This document shows positions 53,564-61,991 of a stretch of DNA of 64,000 nt, one piece after another. Source of the DNA: an uncultured Spirochaetota bacterium (lineage in GTDB: Bacteria; Spirochaetota; Spirochaetia; SZUA-6; Fen-1364); NCBI GenBank assembly GCA_963734545.1, contig CAVTHO010000010.1, positions 1 through 64,000 of the forward strand, given 5' to 3'. Below the pieces are notes generated by a model, which was not told the origin of the DNA, made no database searches, and saw only the letters and a list, made by a program, of their open reading frames with translations. The stretch's first letter is position 1. Each line of letters starts with the position of its first letter. The position numbers and the translations under genes were made by a program.

Positions 53564-54859
53564 GTGATGAGCCAGTTTCTTCTTGCCGCGCGGCTCGCGT
53601 CCCGCGGAGTCCGCGCCTACCGACGCCGCAGCCTGCAGACGCTCCTTGTCGTGGGCTTCGGCGTCGCGCTCGTCGTCCTCACGGATTCGTTCATGCAGGG
53701 GTTCTCCGCGAAAATCATGGACCAGATGCTCAGCGCGACGGGCCACCTCTCCCTCACGGCGCCGGGCTACGCGGCACAGCGGGAAGTGGCACCCATCGAT
53801 CTTTTCATTCCCGACGTGGAGGTATTGAAGGAGAGGATACGAAAGGACGCCGTGGCTGCCGCGCCTGATGGATCACTGGTGCTTTCCGCCTCGATCTTCA
53901 GCGCCGGACTGGTATCCGACGGCGAGCGCTCCGTCACGACGACCTGCAGGGGCATCGACCCATTCTGGCAGGGGACGATAGTTCCCTCCCTGCGTGACGT
54001 GGCGCGCCGGGTGGAAGGGAGTTTCTTTGTGCCGGGCGGCGCGCCGGGGCTTCTCGTTTCGCGCCGCGTGGCGGACAAGCTCAACGCACGCCCGGGAGAC
54101 CGGCTGATGTTCCTGTGCTCCGACCGCTATGGCTCCTTTGGAGTTGTGGAGCTGGTCCTGCTCGGCATTTTTCCGAAGGGAGCGGCAATGGGGGGAGAAG
54201 AGTGCCTGATGGACCTGGCCCCCATGCAGTCCGTCACCGGCCTTGAAGGGGGAGCGTCGGAGATTTCCGTCTGGCGTCTGCAGGAAAGAGCGGGCGGACG
54301 GGTTCTGGCCAATCCCCGTGAGCCCTCACCGGTGATAGAGGAGGCGGCCAGGATTGCACGGGCGGCAGGATGCGTGGCGCAGAGGTGGAGCGAGATCTCC
54401 GCCTCCTACGGGAGCATGATGAGCTTCTTCGACCTCTATATGGCGATCATGTGCGTCATATTCGCGGTTGTGGCGGCCATGGGAATGACCAATTCCATAT
54501 TGCTTTCCGTGCAGGACAGGATCCGGGACATCGGCACGCTGCGTGTGGTCGCCCTGTCACGCGGGGGTGTCTCGCTCATGGTGGCTCTTGAATCCTTTAT
54601 TCTGGGTCTCTGTGGCGCAGCAGCAGGTGCCCTCATCGGCGGTGCAGCCTCATTCCTGTTGGAGCACTTCGGGTTCACCCTTCAGGTGGAGCTGGAGGCA
54701 ATCGCGAGCTACATGCAGAACGGCATGAGGCCGCGCTTTTCCCCCGGGCGGGCCGCGATAATCGGACTGGTCGCTTCCTGCGTTCCTCTCCTTGCGTCAC
54801 TGCTGCCGATCGCAACACTGCGCAGGATCACGGTGAGGGAGGCGCTGGGCTACATATAG
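53564..54859 (+). CDS. FtsX/LolE-like ABC permease
   Basis: AYRRRSLQT, TGHL, DRIRDIGTLR. Confidence 0.9.
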   Translation: MMSQFLLAARLASRGVRAYRRRSLQTLLVVGFGVALVVLTDSFMQGFSAKIMDQMLSATGHLSLTAPGYAAQREVAPIDLFIPDVEVLKERIRKDAVAAAPDGSLVLSASIFSAGLVSDGERSVTTTCRGIDPFWQGTIVPSLRDVARRVEGSFFVPGGAPGLLVSRRVADKLNARPGDRLMFLCSDRYGSFGVVELVLLGIFPKGAAMGGEECLMDLAPMQSVTGLEGGASEISVWRLQERAGGRVLANPREPSPVIEEAARIARAAGCVAQRWSEISASYGSMMSFFDLYMAIMCVIFAVVAAMGMTNSILLSVQDRIRDIGTLRVVALSRGGVSLMVALESFILGLCGAAAGALIGGAASFLLEHFGFTLQVELEAIASYMQNGMRPRFSPGRAAIIGLVASCVPLLASLLPIATLRRITVREALGYI

Positions 54860-55104
54860 AGGGCGGCGGCAGCGGACCTGCCCGCGCCCCGAGCAATCCG
54901 CCGGAGGTAGCCTTCGGCGACGAGCTGATCGAGAGCGTTCTTCACGGCAGCGCGGGAGACATTCGTCTCCCGCGCAATCTGCTGCGCGGGGCTCATATGA
55001 TCTCCCGCGGGGAGCGAGCCGGAAAGGATTCGGTCCCTGATGAGGGTGAAAATCCGGGTGGCTGCCGGCTCCCGAGATGCCCGATGGGGGTCAGGAATCG
55101 ACAT
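54850..55104 (-). pseudogene. GntR-family winged-HTH only (truncated MocR-like regulator)
   Basis: IRDRILSGSLPAG..IARETNVSRAAVKNALDQLVAEGYL; no effector domain; 3' end overlaps the convergent permease. Confidence 0.6.
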
Positions 55105-55202
55105 TCGTCTGCTTCGCCTTTCGCAGTGACAATATCATTTCCCTCGTGAAACTTCACGCGTCCGGTATGGACACCCGACCCGGGTCGAACTAAGCTGTGT
55201 GC

Positions 55203-55814
55203 ATGAAATCACTCATGTTGAATGTGCAGAAGACCGCGGTCCTCGTGATCGACATGCAGAACGCCTTCCTGGATCCGAAGGGGTCAATCGCGAGGATGGG
55301 CATTCCCATAGAAAGGGCGGTCGCCGTGATCGAAACACTCGCGGCTGCGCTCGGCAGACTGCGAAAGAGCGGCGCCAGGATCATCCATAACCGCATGGCC
55401 CTCAGGCCGGACTACTCGGACGCCGGTATCCTCGCACAGGCGTTCCCCCGGCTGATGGAGCTCGGGCATTGCGTCAAGGGAACGTGGGACTTCGAGAACG
55501 TGCCGGGCTTCGCCCCGGAGCCCGGCGAATACGTCGTCGACAAGATCCGGTTCGACGGGTTTCATGGAACCGAGATGGAAAGCCTCCTCCGGTGCCTGGG
55601 AATAGACACGCTCGTATTCACCGGCATCGCCACGAACATCTGCGTGGAGAGCACCGTCAGGGCGGCGTTCACGAGAGATTTCCGCTGCATCGTTCCCCGC
55701 CAGACCACCGCCTCGTTCACTCCCGAGATGGAAGCGGGCTCAATGGGCAATTTCGCTTTCGGTTTCGCCGAGGTCGTCGACATCGAAGAGGTCTACGCGG
55801 AGCTGGGCTGCTGA
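55203..55814 (+). CDS. Isochorismatase-family cysteine hydrolase
   Basis: AVLVIDMQNAF, VDKIRFDGF, TGIATNICVESTVR (D-K-C triad). Confidence 0.9.
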   Translation: MKSLMLNVQKTAVLVIDMQNAFLDPKGSIARMGIPIERAVAVIETLAAALGRLRKSGARIIHNRMALRPDYSDAGILAQAFPRLMELGHCVKGTWDFENVPGFAPEPGEYVVDKIRFDGFHGTEMESLLRCLGIDTLVFTGIATNICVESTVRAAFTRDFRCIVPRQTTASFTPEMEAGSMGNFAFGFAEVVDIEEVYAELGC

Positions 55815-55833
55815 CAGCCTTCCCAGCCTGTGC

Positions 55834-56892
55834 TCACGCCGGCCGGGTAAGCCGCCTCCGCCTCCATTGGTCGAAGACAACCACGAGGATGATCACGAAT
55901 CCCTGCACGATTCTCTGCCAGAAGGCGCTCACGTTGAGCAGGTTGAGGCCGTTTCCCAGAACGCCCATGATGATCGCCCCGATCAGGGAGCCGAAGACCC
56001 CGCCTTCCCCGCCGAAGAGGTTCGTGCCGCCGATCACCACCGCGGCGATCGAACGGAGGTTTTCCTCTCCCGCCATGAGAGCATTGGAAGAGTTCATGCG
56101 GCCGGCCAGCACGAAGCCGGCAATCGCCGCGATGAGACCGGAGAGAACGTAGACCGCGATCTTGGTCTTGTCGATGCTGATTCCCGACACCCGGGCCGCC
56201 TCCCGGTTTCCTCCCACGGCGAAGACTGCGCGTCCAAGGGCCAGGTAGCGCAGGAGCAGCCAGCCCAGCACGACTATCACCACGGCAATGATGCCGGCAA
56301 CCGGGATGCCCAGAATATCCCCCGCTCCCATCCAGATCATCTGCGGCGGAAGGTATCCCTTCAGCTCGGTCGCGGTGAGGTGGGAGGGCACCGGGAGGCC
56401 GCCCGTGATGATGAGGGCGAATCCCTGGAAGATCGTCAACGTGCCCAGGGTGGCAATGAAATCCGGGATCCTGCCCCGTGTGATGATGAGGCCATTCACC
56501 AGGCCGCACAGGCCCCCGACCAGGAGGGCGACCAGAAGTCCCAGCTCGAAGTTCAGAGGTCCGATGACCACCCCGAGGATGGCGAACCTCTGGGTCATGA
56601 GAACAGCCGCGGCAGATGCCGAGATCGCCGCCATGGCTCCCACGGAAAGATCGATTCCCCCGGTGAGAATGACCATGGTCTGTCCCGCTGCCAGGATGGC
56701 TGTGATCGCAGACTGGCGCGTGATGTTGGCCATGTTGTTGACTTTGAGGAAGTGCGGTGATGCAAAGGAAAGAAAAGCGCCGAGCAGGACCAGGGCAAAG
56801 ATCGGCCCCAGCCGCGCAATCACCTCGCGGCCGGCCCGCTGGATGCCCATCGATGCCGCGGAGGCTGCTTCTCTTTCCGGTGTGCGGCTCAT
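55834..56892 (-). CDS. Monosaccharide ABC transporter permease (RbsC-like)
   Basis: GGIDLSVG, FIATLG, GGNREAARVSG, IAAVVIGGT. Confidence 0.95.
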   Translation of the reverse strand: MSRTPEREAASAASMGIQRAGREVIARLGPIFALVLLGAFLSFASPHFLKVNNMANITRQSAITAILAAGQTMVILTGGIDLSVGAMAAISASAAAVLMTQRFAILGVVIGPLNFELGLLVALLVGGLCGLVNGLIITRGRIPDFIATLGTLTIFQGFALIITGGLPVPSHLTATELKGYLPPQMIWMGAGDILGIPVAGIIAVVIVVLGWLLLRYLALGRAVFAVGGNREAARVSGISIDKTKIAVYVLSGLIAAIAGFVLAGRMNSSNALMAGEENLRSIAAVVIGGTNLFGGEGGVFGSLIGAIIMGVLGNGLNLLNVSAFWQRIVQGFVIILVVVFDQWRRRRLTRPA

Positions 56893-56905
56893 GGTGTCCC
56901 CCTCA

Positions 56906-58411
56906 TCAACTGGCTGCGCGCAGAAGCTTTTCCTGCGTGGCCTCGCCGGCAGTGAACTCCGCGGTGATGCGGCCTCCCCGCATCACCAGGATCCTGTCCG
57001 CCATGGCGAGTATTTCGGGCATTTCCGAGGAAATCATGACGATCGCGGCCTTGTTGCCCGTGAGCTGATTCATCAGGGCAAAGACTTCAGCTTTGGCCCC
57101 GACATCGATGCCGCGCGTGGGTTCGTCGAAAATCAATATCCTGGCCCCGCTGCACAGCCACCGCGCCAGGACGACCTTCTGCTGGTTGCCGCCGCTCAGG
57201 AACATGACCGCACGGTTCAGGCTCGCCGGATGTATGCTGAGGCTTTTCGTGTATTCGGACGCCGTTCGGGACTCCGATCGCAGTCTCACGCGTCGGTGCA
57301 TTCCAAGCTGGCTCACGTTTGCAAGGGTGACGTTGGGGGGAATCGGAAGAGCAGGCACCAGGCTCATCCGTCGGTCCCGCGTAAGGAGCCCGATGCCGTG
57401 CCGGATTGCGTCGGTGGGGCCATGAATGTGCACTTCCTTGTCATCCACCCAGATCCGCCCCGTGCTCCTCCTCTCCAGCCCGAAAATGGCGCGAGTCAGC
57501 TCCGGCTGGCCGGCGCCCATAAGGCCGAAGATCCCCAGGATCTCTCCCTCACGAATCTCCAGGGAAATGTCATGGAGGGACCCCTTCATTGAAATGTCCT
57601 CGATTCGAAACACTCGTCGGCCGGGCTCCCGGGTCTCCTTGGGAAACTGCTCGGTCAGGCGGCGGCCCACCATCATATTCACCAGCGTGGGCTCATCCGC
57701 GTCCTTGACGGCAAGGCTCCCGATCACCTTTCCATCCCTCATGACCGTCACTCGCTGGCCGACAAGCGGGACCTCGGCCAGCCTGTGGGAGATATAGACG
57801 ATGCCGACTCCTCGCTGCCGAAGGAGGCCGATGAGAGAGAACAGACGCTCCCGCTCGGCGTCGGAGAGCGCCGAGGTCGGCTCATCGAGGAGCATGATTT
57901 TGGGCTGTGCGGTGAGCACCCGCGCGATCTCCGTAAGCTGCTGCTCCGCCACGTGCAGCCGGCGGACCTCGGTCTTGGGATCGATGGAGAGGCCCAGATC
58001 CGCCAGACTTCTTTCAGCCTCGCGGTACATCGCCCTCCAGTCAATGCCGCCCAGCCGGCTCTTGTGGGGCTTCCCCAGGAAGATATTCTCCGCCACGCTG
58101 AGGGCGGGCACGAGGCTCAGCTCCTGGTACACCATGCCGATGCCCAGCTCACGCGCGTACTCCGGCGTGAGGCCGTGCACCGTCTTGCCGAGGATCTCGA
58201 TCCGGCCGCTGTCATTCCTGATGGAGCCGCTCAGTACCTTCATGAGCGTGGACTTCCCGGCGCCATTCTCTCCCAGGAGCACGTGGACTTCACCCGGAAG
58301 GAGGTCGAAGTCAACGTGGTCGAGGGCATGCACTCCCGGAAAGCGTTTCTCGATTTGCTCCATGCGAAGGATCGGTTCTCGGGCATCCACGGGCAGCGCT
58401 TCCGTGTTCAT
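56906..58411 (-). CDS. Monosaccharide ABC transporter ATP-binding protein (RbsA-like, tandem NBD)
   Basis: GENGAGKST, DEPTSAL, LSGGNQQKV, DEPTRGIDVGAK. Confidence 0.95.
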   Translation of the reverse strand: MNTEALPVDAREPILRMEQIEKRFPGVHALDHVDFDLLPGEVHVLLGENGAGKSTLMKVLSGSIRNDSGRIEILGKTVHGLTPEYARELGIGMVYQELSLVPALSVAENIFLGKPHKSRLGGIDWRAMYREAERSLADLGLSIDPKTEVRRLHVAEQQLTEIARVLTAQPKIMLLDEPTSALSDAERERLFSLIGLLRQRGVGIVYISHRLAEVPLVGQRVTVMRDGKVIGSLAVKDADEPTLVNMMVGRRLTEQFPKETREPGRRVFRIEDISMKGSLHDISLEIREGEILGIFGLMGAGQPELTRAIFGLERRSTGRIWVDDKEVHIHGPTDAIRHGIGLLTRDRRMSLVPALPIPPNVTLANVSQLGMHRRVRLRSESRTASEYTKSLSIHPASLNRAVMFLSGGNQQKVVLARWLCSGARILIFDEPTRGIDVGAKAEVFALMNQLTGNKAAIVMISSEMPEILAMADRILVMRGGRITAEFTAGEATQEKLLRAAS

Positions 58412-58421
58412 GGGGATTTCC

Positions 58422-59183
58422 TCATTGGGCAGTATAGCCGCCGTCAACGCTGAGCACCGCGCCCGTGGCATATCCGGCAACGTCACTTGCCAGAAAAAGA
58501 ATCGCAGCGGCAATCTCCGCTGGCGTGCCCAGGCGGTTTGCGGGACGAATCTGTTCCAGCGCTCTTCGCGCTGCAGCGGGGTCCGTTGCTCGTCGGACCG
58601 CGTCCTGCACAAGCGGTGTGTCCGTGGTGCCGGGGCAAACGCAGTTGACCCGGATTCCCCGGGAGGCAAAATCCAGGGCGCAGCTCCTCGTAAGTGCTAT
58701 CAGGCCGGCCTTGGTCACGTTGTAGGCCACCTGGTTTCGAATTCCCACGAGGCCGGCCTCGGAAGCCACGTTGACTATCGCTCCCCCCCTCCCCCGCATC
58801 ATCGCGGGCACGGCATGCTTGATGCAGAGAAAAGAGCCCGTGAGGTTGACGGCCATGAGCTTGTTCCACTCCGCTTCGGTAGTCGCCACTGCATCTGCCT
58901 GGAGGTAGATGCCGGCGTTGTTCACCAGAACGTCGAGCCGGCCCCACTTGTGCAGGATGGCTTCCACGAGGGCCTGGACATCCGGTTCCCGCGAGACGTC
59001 CGTGGCAAACACCTCCGCGTCCATGCCCGTGCGCGTGATCTCCTCGGCAACCCGTTTGCCGGCGGACGCATCGGTGTCGGCGAGGGCCACCCCGGCGCCT
59101 TCGCGCGCAAACGCAAGGGCCACCGCCCGTCCGATTCCCGAGGAGGCCCCTGTCACGACAACTATCTTGCCTTCGAACTGCAT
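58422..59183 (-). CDS. SDR family oxidoreductase
   Basis: TGASSGIG, NNAG, YNVTK, CPG. Confidence 0.95.
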   Translation of the reverse strand: MQFEGKIVVVTGASSGIGRAVALAFAREGAGVALADTDASAGKRVAEEITRTGMDAEVFATDVSREPDVQALVEAILHKWGRLDVLVNNAGIYLQADAVATTEAEWNKLMAVNLTGSFLCIKHAVPAMMRGRGGAIVNVASEAGLVGIRNQVAYNVTKAGLIALTRSCALDFASRGIRVNCVCPGTTDTPLVQDAVRRATDPAAARRALEQIRPANRLGTPAEIAAAILFLASDVAGYATGAVLSVDGGYTAQ

Positions 59184-59262
59184 CGCGTTCACCCTCCCCG
59201 CGCGGCCGCGTCGAACAGGATATGCAGGACTATGCTTGTGTTCCTTGAACGGAATTATCAAG

Positions 59263-59289
59263 GTCCGGGAGCCCGAACGGCTCCCGGAC
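59263..59289. terminator. Perfect 11-bp stem-loop downstream of the binding-protein gene
   Basis: GTCCGGGAGCC-CGAAC-GGCTCCCGGAC; typical transcript-stabilising or attenuating hairpin position. Confidence 0.6.
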
Positions 59290-59309
59290 ACTCACCTTCT
59301 CTGACCGAG

Positions 59310-60470
59310 CTACTTGCTCTGCTTCTTGATGCCATCCCAGTCAATGGCGGGCAGGGCAGGATTGGGATAGAAAAGCGACGCGTTCTTCACGTAGGCGGTA
59401 CGCGGCCGAATGTCGAAAGTCTTCGGCACGTCGATGCCGCACGCGAGCTTCACGCCGAACTCGGTGCCGAACCAGCCCCAGTCCGCAAATCCGTGCGTTG
59501 TTTCGGCGATCATCTTGCCCTCTCTGATGCGGGCAACCGACTCAGGCGTCACGTCGTTGGTGAACACTGCGACCATCTTGCCGCCAAGCGCGTGAGGCGC
59601 GGATGCCGTCTGGAGCCTTTTCGCTGAATCACAGGTCAGCATGGCGCCGAGGCCCATTTCGTTCGAGGCTGCCCAGATGAAGTCCAGCCCGCTCGGGTTG
59701 GCCTGGAGGATGTCCTCCGTTGCCTTGATTCCCTTCTCCCGGTTCCAGTCAGCGGCAATCGGGTTGCCTGCGATCTTGATGCCGGGGTACTGGTCGATGA
59801 CGTTGTGAAAGCCGTCCAGGCGCGCCTGGGAGAAGAACCCGCCTGCCACTCCCTCGATGATGGCGCCCTTGGCCTTGATCGAGGCTTTTTCAGCAGGTGT
59901 CAGTCCCTTGTACAGCTTCTCCCAGAACGCGAGGTCCAGGTACTGGCTGGAAGCCACGTTCACTTTCTTGCCCGTTCCCAGGACACCGGGTCCGCCGAAA
60001 TAGTCCAGCACCGCGTAGGCGCTCACTTCCGCGCCGACCTGGTTGTCGAACCCGATGTAAGAAGCCACATCAACGCCCTCGATCGGCTCCAGCAGGTTGA
60101 CGATGATTACCGGGATGCCCTTTTCGTTCGCCTTGGCAAGGGCGGGCTTGATGACCTCTACCTCGATGGGCGATATGGCGATGACGTCGACTTCCCTCTG
60201 GATGAAGTCCTCGATGATCGCCACCTGGTCGGCGAAAGCCGTATGGCTGGAAACGGATTGCGTAATGACCTCGATGTTGAAGCCGTGCTTATTGCCGTCC
60301 TTGGCAGCGGCTTCGAAGAAGTCGGTTGCGGTCTTGAAAACGCCGGTGATGTCTGGCGGCGTCCAGCCGATGACAATAGGCTTCTGCCATCTGTCCCCCG
60401 CGAATCCTATTGGAGCGGCCAGAACGAAAAGCAGGAGCAGAATGGACACGACGAGCTTGTTCATTTTCAT
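59310..60470 (-). CDS. Sugar ABC transporter substrate-binding protein
   Basis: Signal peptide; QVAIIEDFI..VDVIAISP, YIGFDN, RLDGF, DWNRE, SNEMGLGA. Confidence 0.9.
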   Translation of the reverse strand: MKMNKLVVSILLLLFVLAAPIGFAGDRWQKPIVIGWTPPDITGVFKTATDFFEAAAKDGNKHGFNIEVITQSVSSHTAFADQVAIIEDFIQREVDVIAISPIEVEVIKPALAKANEKGIPVIIVNLLEPIEGVDVASYIGFDNQVGAEVSAYAVLDYFGGPGVLGTGKKVNVASSQYLDLAFWEKLYKGLTPAEKASIKAKGAIIEGVAGGFFSQARLDGFHNVIDQYPGIKIAGNPIAADWNREKGIKATEDILQANPSGLDFIWAASNEMGLGAMLTCDSAKRLQTASAPHALGGKMVAVFTNDVTPESVARIREGKMIAETTHGFADWGWFGTEFGVKLACGIDVPKTFDIRPRTAYVKNASLFYPNPALPAIDWDGIKKQSK

Positions 60471-60754
60471 CGTTTTTCTCCCTTGAAGCTTCTAACTTTT
60501 CCGGAGTCAACAGACTTCGGATGCTCACGAGATCGATACCACCTCCTTCCAACAGAATTGTCATGCTCGGCGCAAACGCGCCGATTTTCGAGCAAGACCT
60601 GTCATCACCCTGCAGTTTTTGCAGTTTACACCCGCATGGAAGCCCGGTCAATAATAAAATTCATACAAACGCTAAAATACGATAAGAGATTGCACGAGAT
60701 ATGAGAACAAATGCCGACGCCGGAACGGTCGCCGGGAGGCAACAGATGGGCGCG

Positions 60755-61108
60755 CTATTTCAGTATGGACAATCCTCCATCGATCGACAGAACCTGACCG
60801 GTGCACCAGTCCGCTTCGTCCGAGGCAAGAAAGAGCACCGCGGCAGCGATATCTTCCACTCTCCCGATCCGGCCCAACGGGGCATCCGCCGCCAGTTGGC
60901 GCTGCCGCGCCTCCTCGGGCACCCCGGCCCGCAACATGTCGGTCATCACCGGACCTGGAGCCACGGCGTTCACGGTTATCCCGAACTGTCCGAGATCCAC
61001 GGCAAGCGCCCGTGTCATCGAGTTGACTCGGGCGAATCCCGCCGCAATCGCGCGACCTATCCCCCGGCTGGCCCCTGTCACAATCGCTACCTTGCCTGCA
61101 AGACGCAT
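60755..61108 (-). pseudogene. SDR with large in-frame internal deletion
   Basis: VTGASRGIG..GFAR joined directly to VNSMTRALA..NAVAPG; NNAG and YxxxK missing; 117 aa. Confidence 0.75.
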
Positions 61109-61121
61109 GACACACCTCCCG

Positions 61122-61871
61122 CTACCGGTATCCCCCCGAGGCCACGATCATTTCGCCGGTGATGTATCCCGCCCGGTCGGAAGCGATGAACGCGGCAAGA
61201 CTCCCGATCTCCTCTGGAGTCCCGAATCTGCGGGCAGGGATCTTCTTCAACAAATCGGCTTTTCCATTTTCATCCAGGGAGCTCCACAACATATCGGTTT
61301 CGATCTTGCTGGGAACAATGGAGTTCACCGTGATTCCATGCGGCGCGAACTCGCTGCTGAGCGATTTGGTGAGGGTAATGACTCCTCCCTTGGCAGCCGC
61401 GTAGTGCGCGCCGGATGTTCCTCCCGTCAACCCGGAGGTTGATGCAATGTTGATGATCCGGCCCCACTTCCTCTGCAGCATGTGAGGAATCACGGCCCTG
61501 CAGCAGAGGAAGACGCTGGTGAGATTTGTCTCGAGCATCCGTCGCCAGTCCTCCGGGGTGATGTCCATAAAGGGAAGACCCTGGGCAATCCCCGCGTTAT
61601 TCACAAGGATGTCGATCCTGCCGAATTTTCGAATGGCGCCTTCCACCATCGCGGCGATCTCAGGCTCCCGCGTCACATCGGCCTGGATCAGCAAGCTCGA
61701 TTCAGGATTCCTGCGTTCCACTTCGGATGCCGTTGCGCGGGCAGCCTCGATCGAAGAGCGGAAGTTGATGACCACCTTGCAGCCCTCGTCCGCCAGGCAA
61801 AGCGCGATGGCTTTTCCAATCCCTCGAGAGGATCCGGTGACAATGGCTACCCTTCCCTGCAATAGCTTCAT
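61122..61871 (-). CDS. FabG-like SDR oxidoreductase
   Basis: TGSSRGIG, NNAG, YAAAK. Confidence 0.9.
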   Translation of the reverse strand: MKLLQGRVAIVTGSSRGIGKAIALCLADEGCKVVINFRSSIEAARATASEVERRNPESSLLIQADVTREPEIAAMVEGAIRKFGRIDILVNNAGIAQGLPFMDITPEDWRRMLETNLTSVFLCCRAVIPHMLQRKWGRIINIASTSGLTGGTSGAHYAAAKGGVITLTKSLSSEFAPHGITVNSIVPSKIETDMLWSSLDENGKADLLKKIPARRFGTPEEIGSLAAFIASDRAGYITGEMIVASGGYR

Positions 61872-61939
61872 GGGGCTCCACGGTATGATATGACAACAAT
61901 CAATAACGCGATACGGGAGAGCACCGACACGGCCCTTGG

Positions 61940-61968
61940 TTGCGCGCACCAGGTGTCGGCGCTATACT
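61940..61968 (+). promoter_or_regulatory. sigma70 promoter of the glycyl radical enzyme gene
   Basis: TTGCGC-N17-TATACT. Confidence 0.55.
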
Positions 61969-61991
61969 GACGTCAAAATGGAGGTTCCTCC

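Noticed and set aside
57801-59627. 608-aa plus-strand ORF
   Set aside because: Shadow of the sugar ABC ATPase and SDR genes
60560-60600. Hairpin TCGGCGC-AAAC-GCGCCGA in the leader of the sugar-binding protein, considered as a riboswitch or LacI operator
   Set aside because: Does not match a riboswitch consensus I recognise; a single short stem is insufficient
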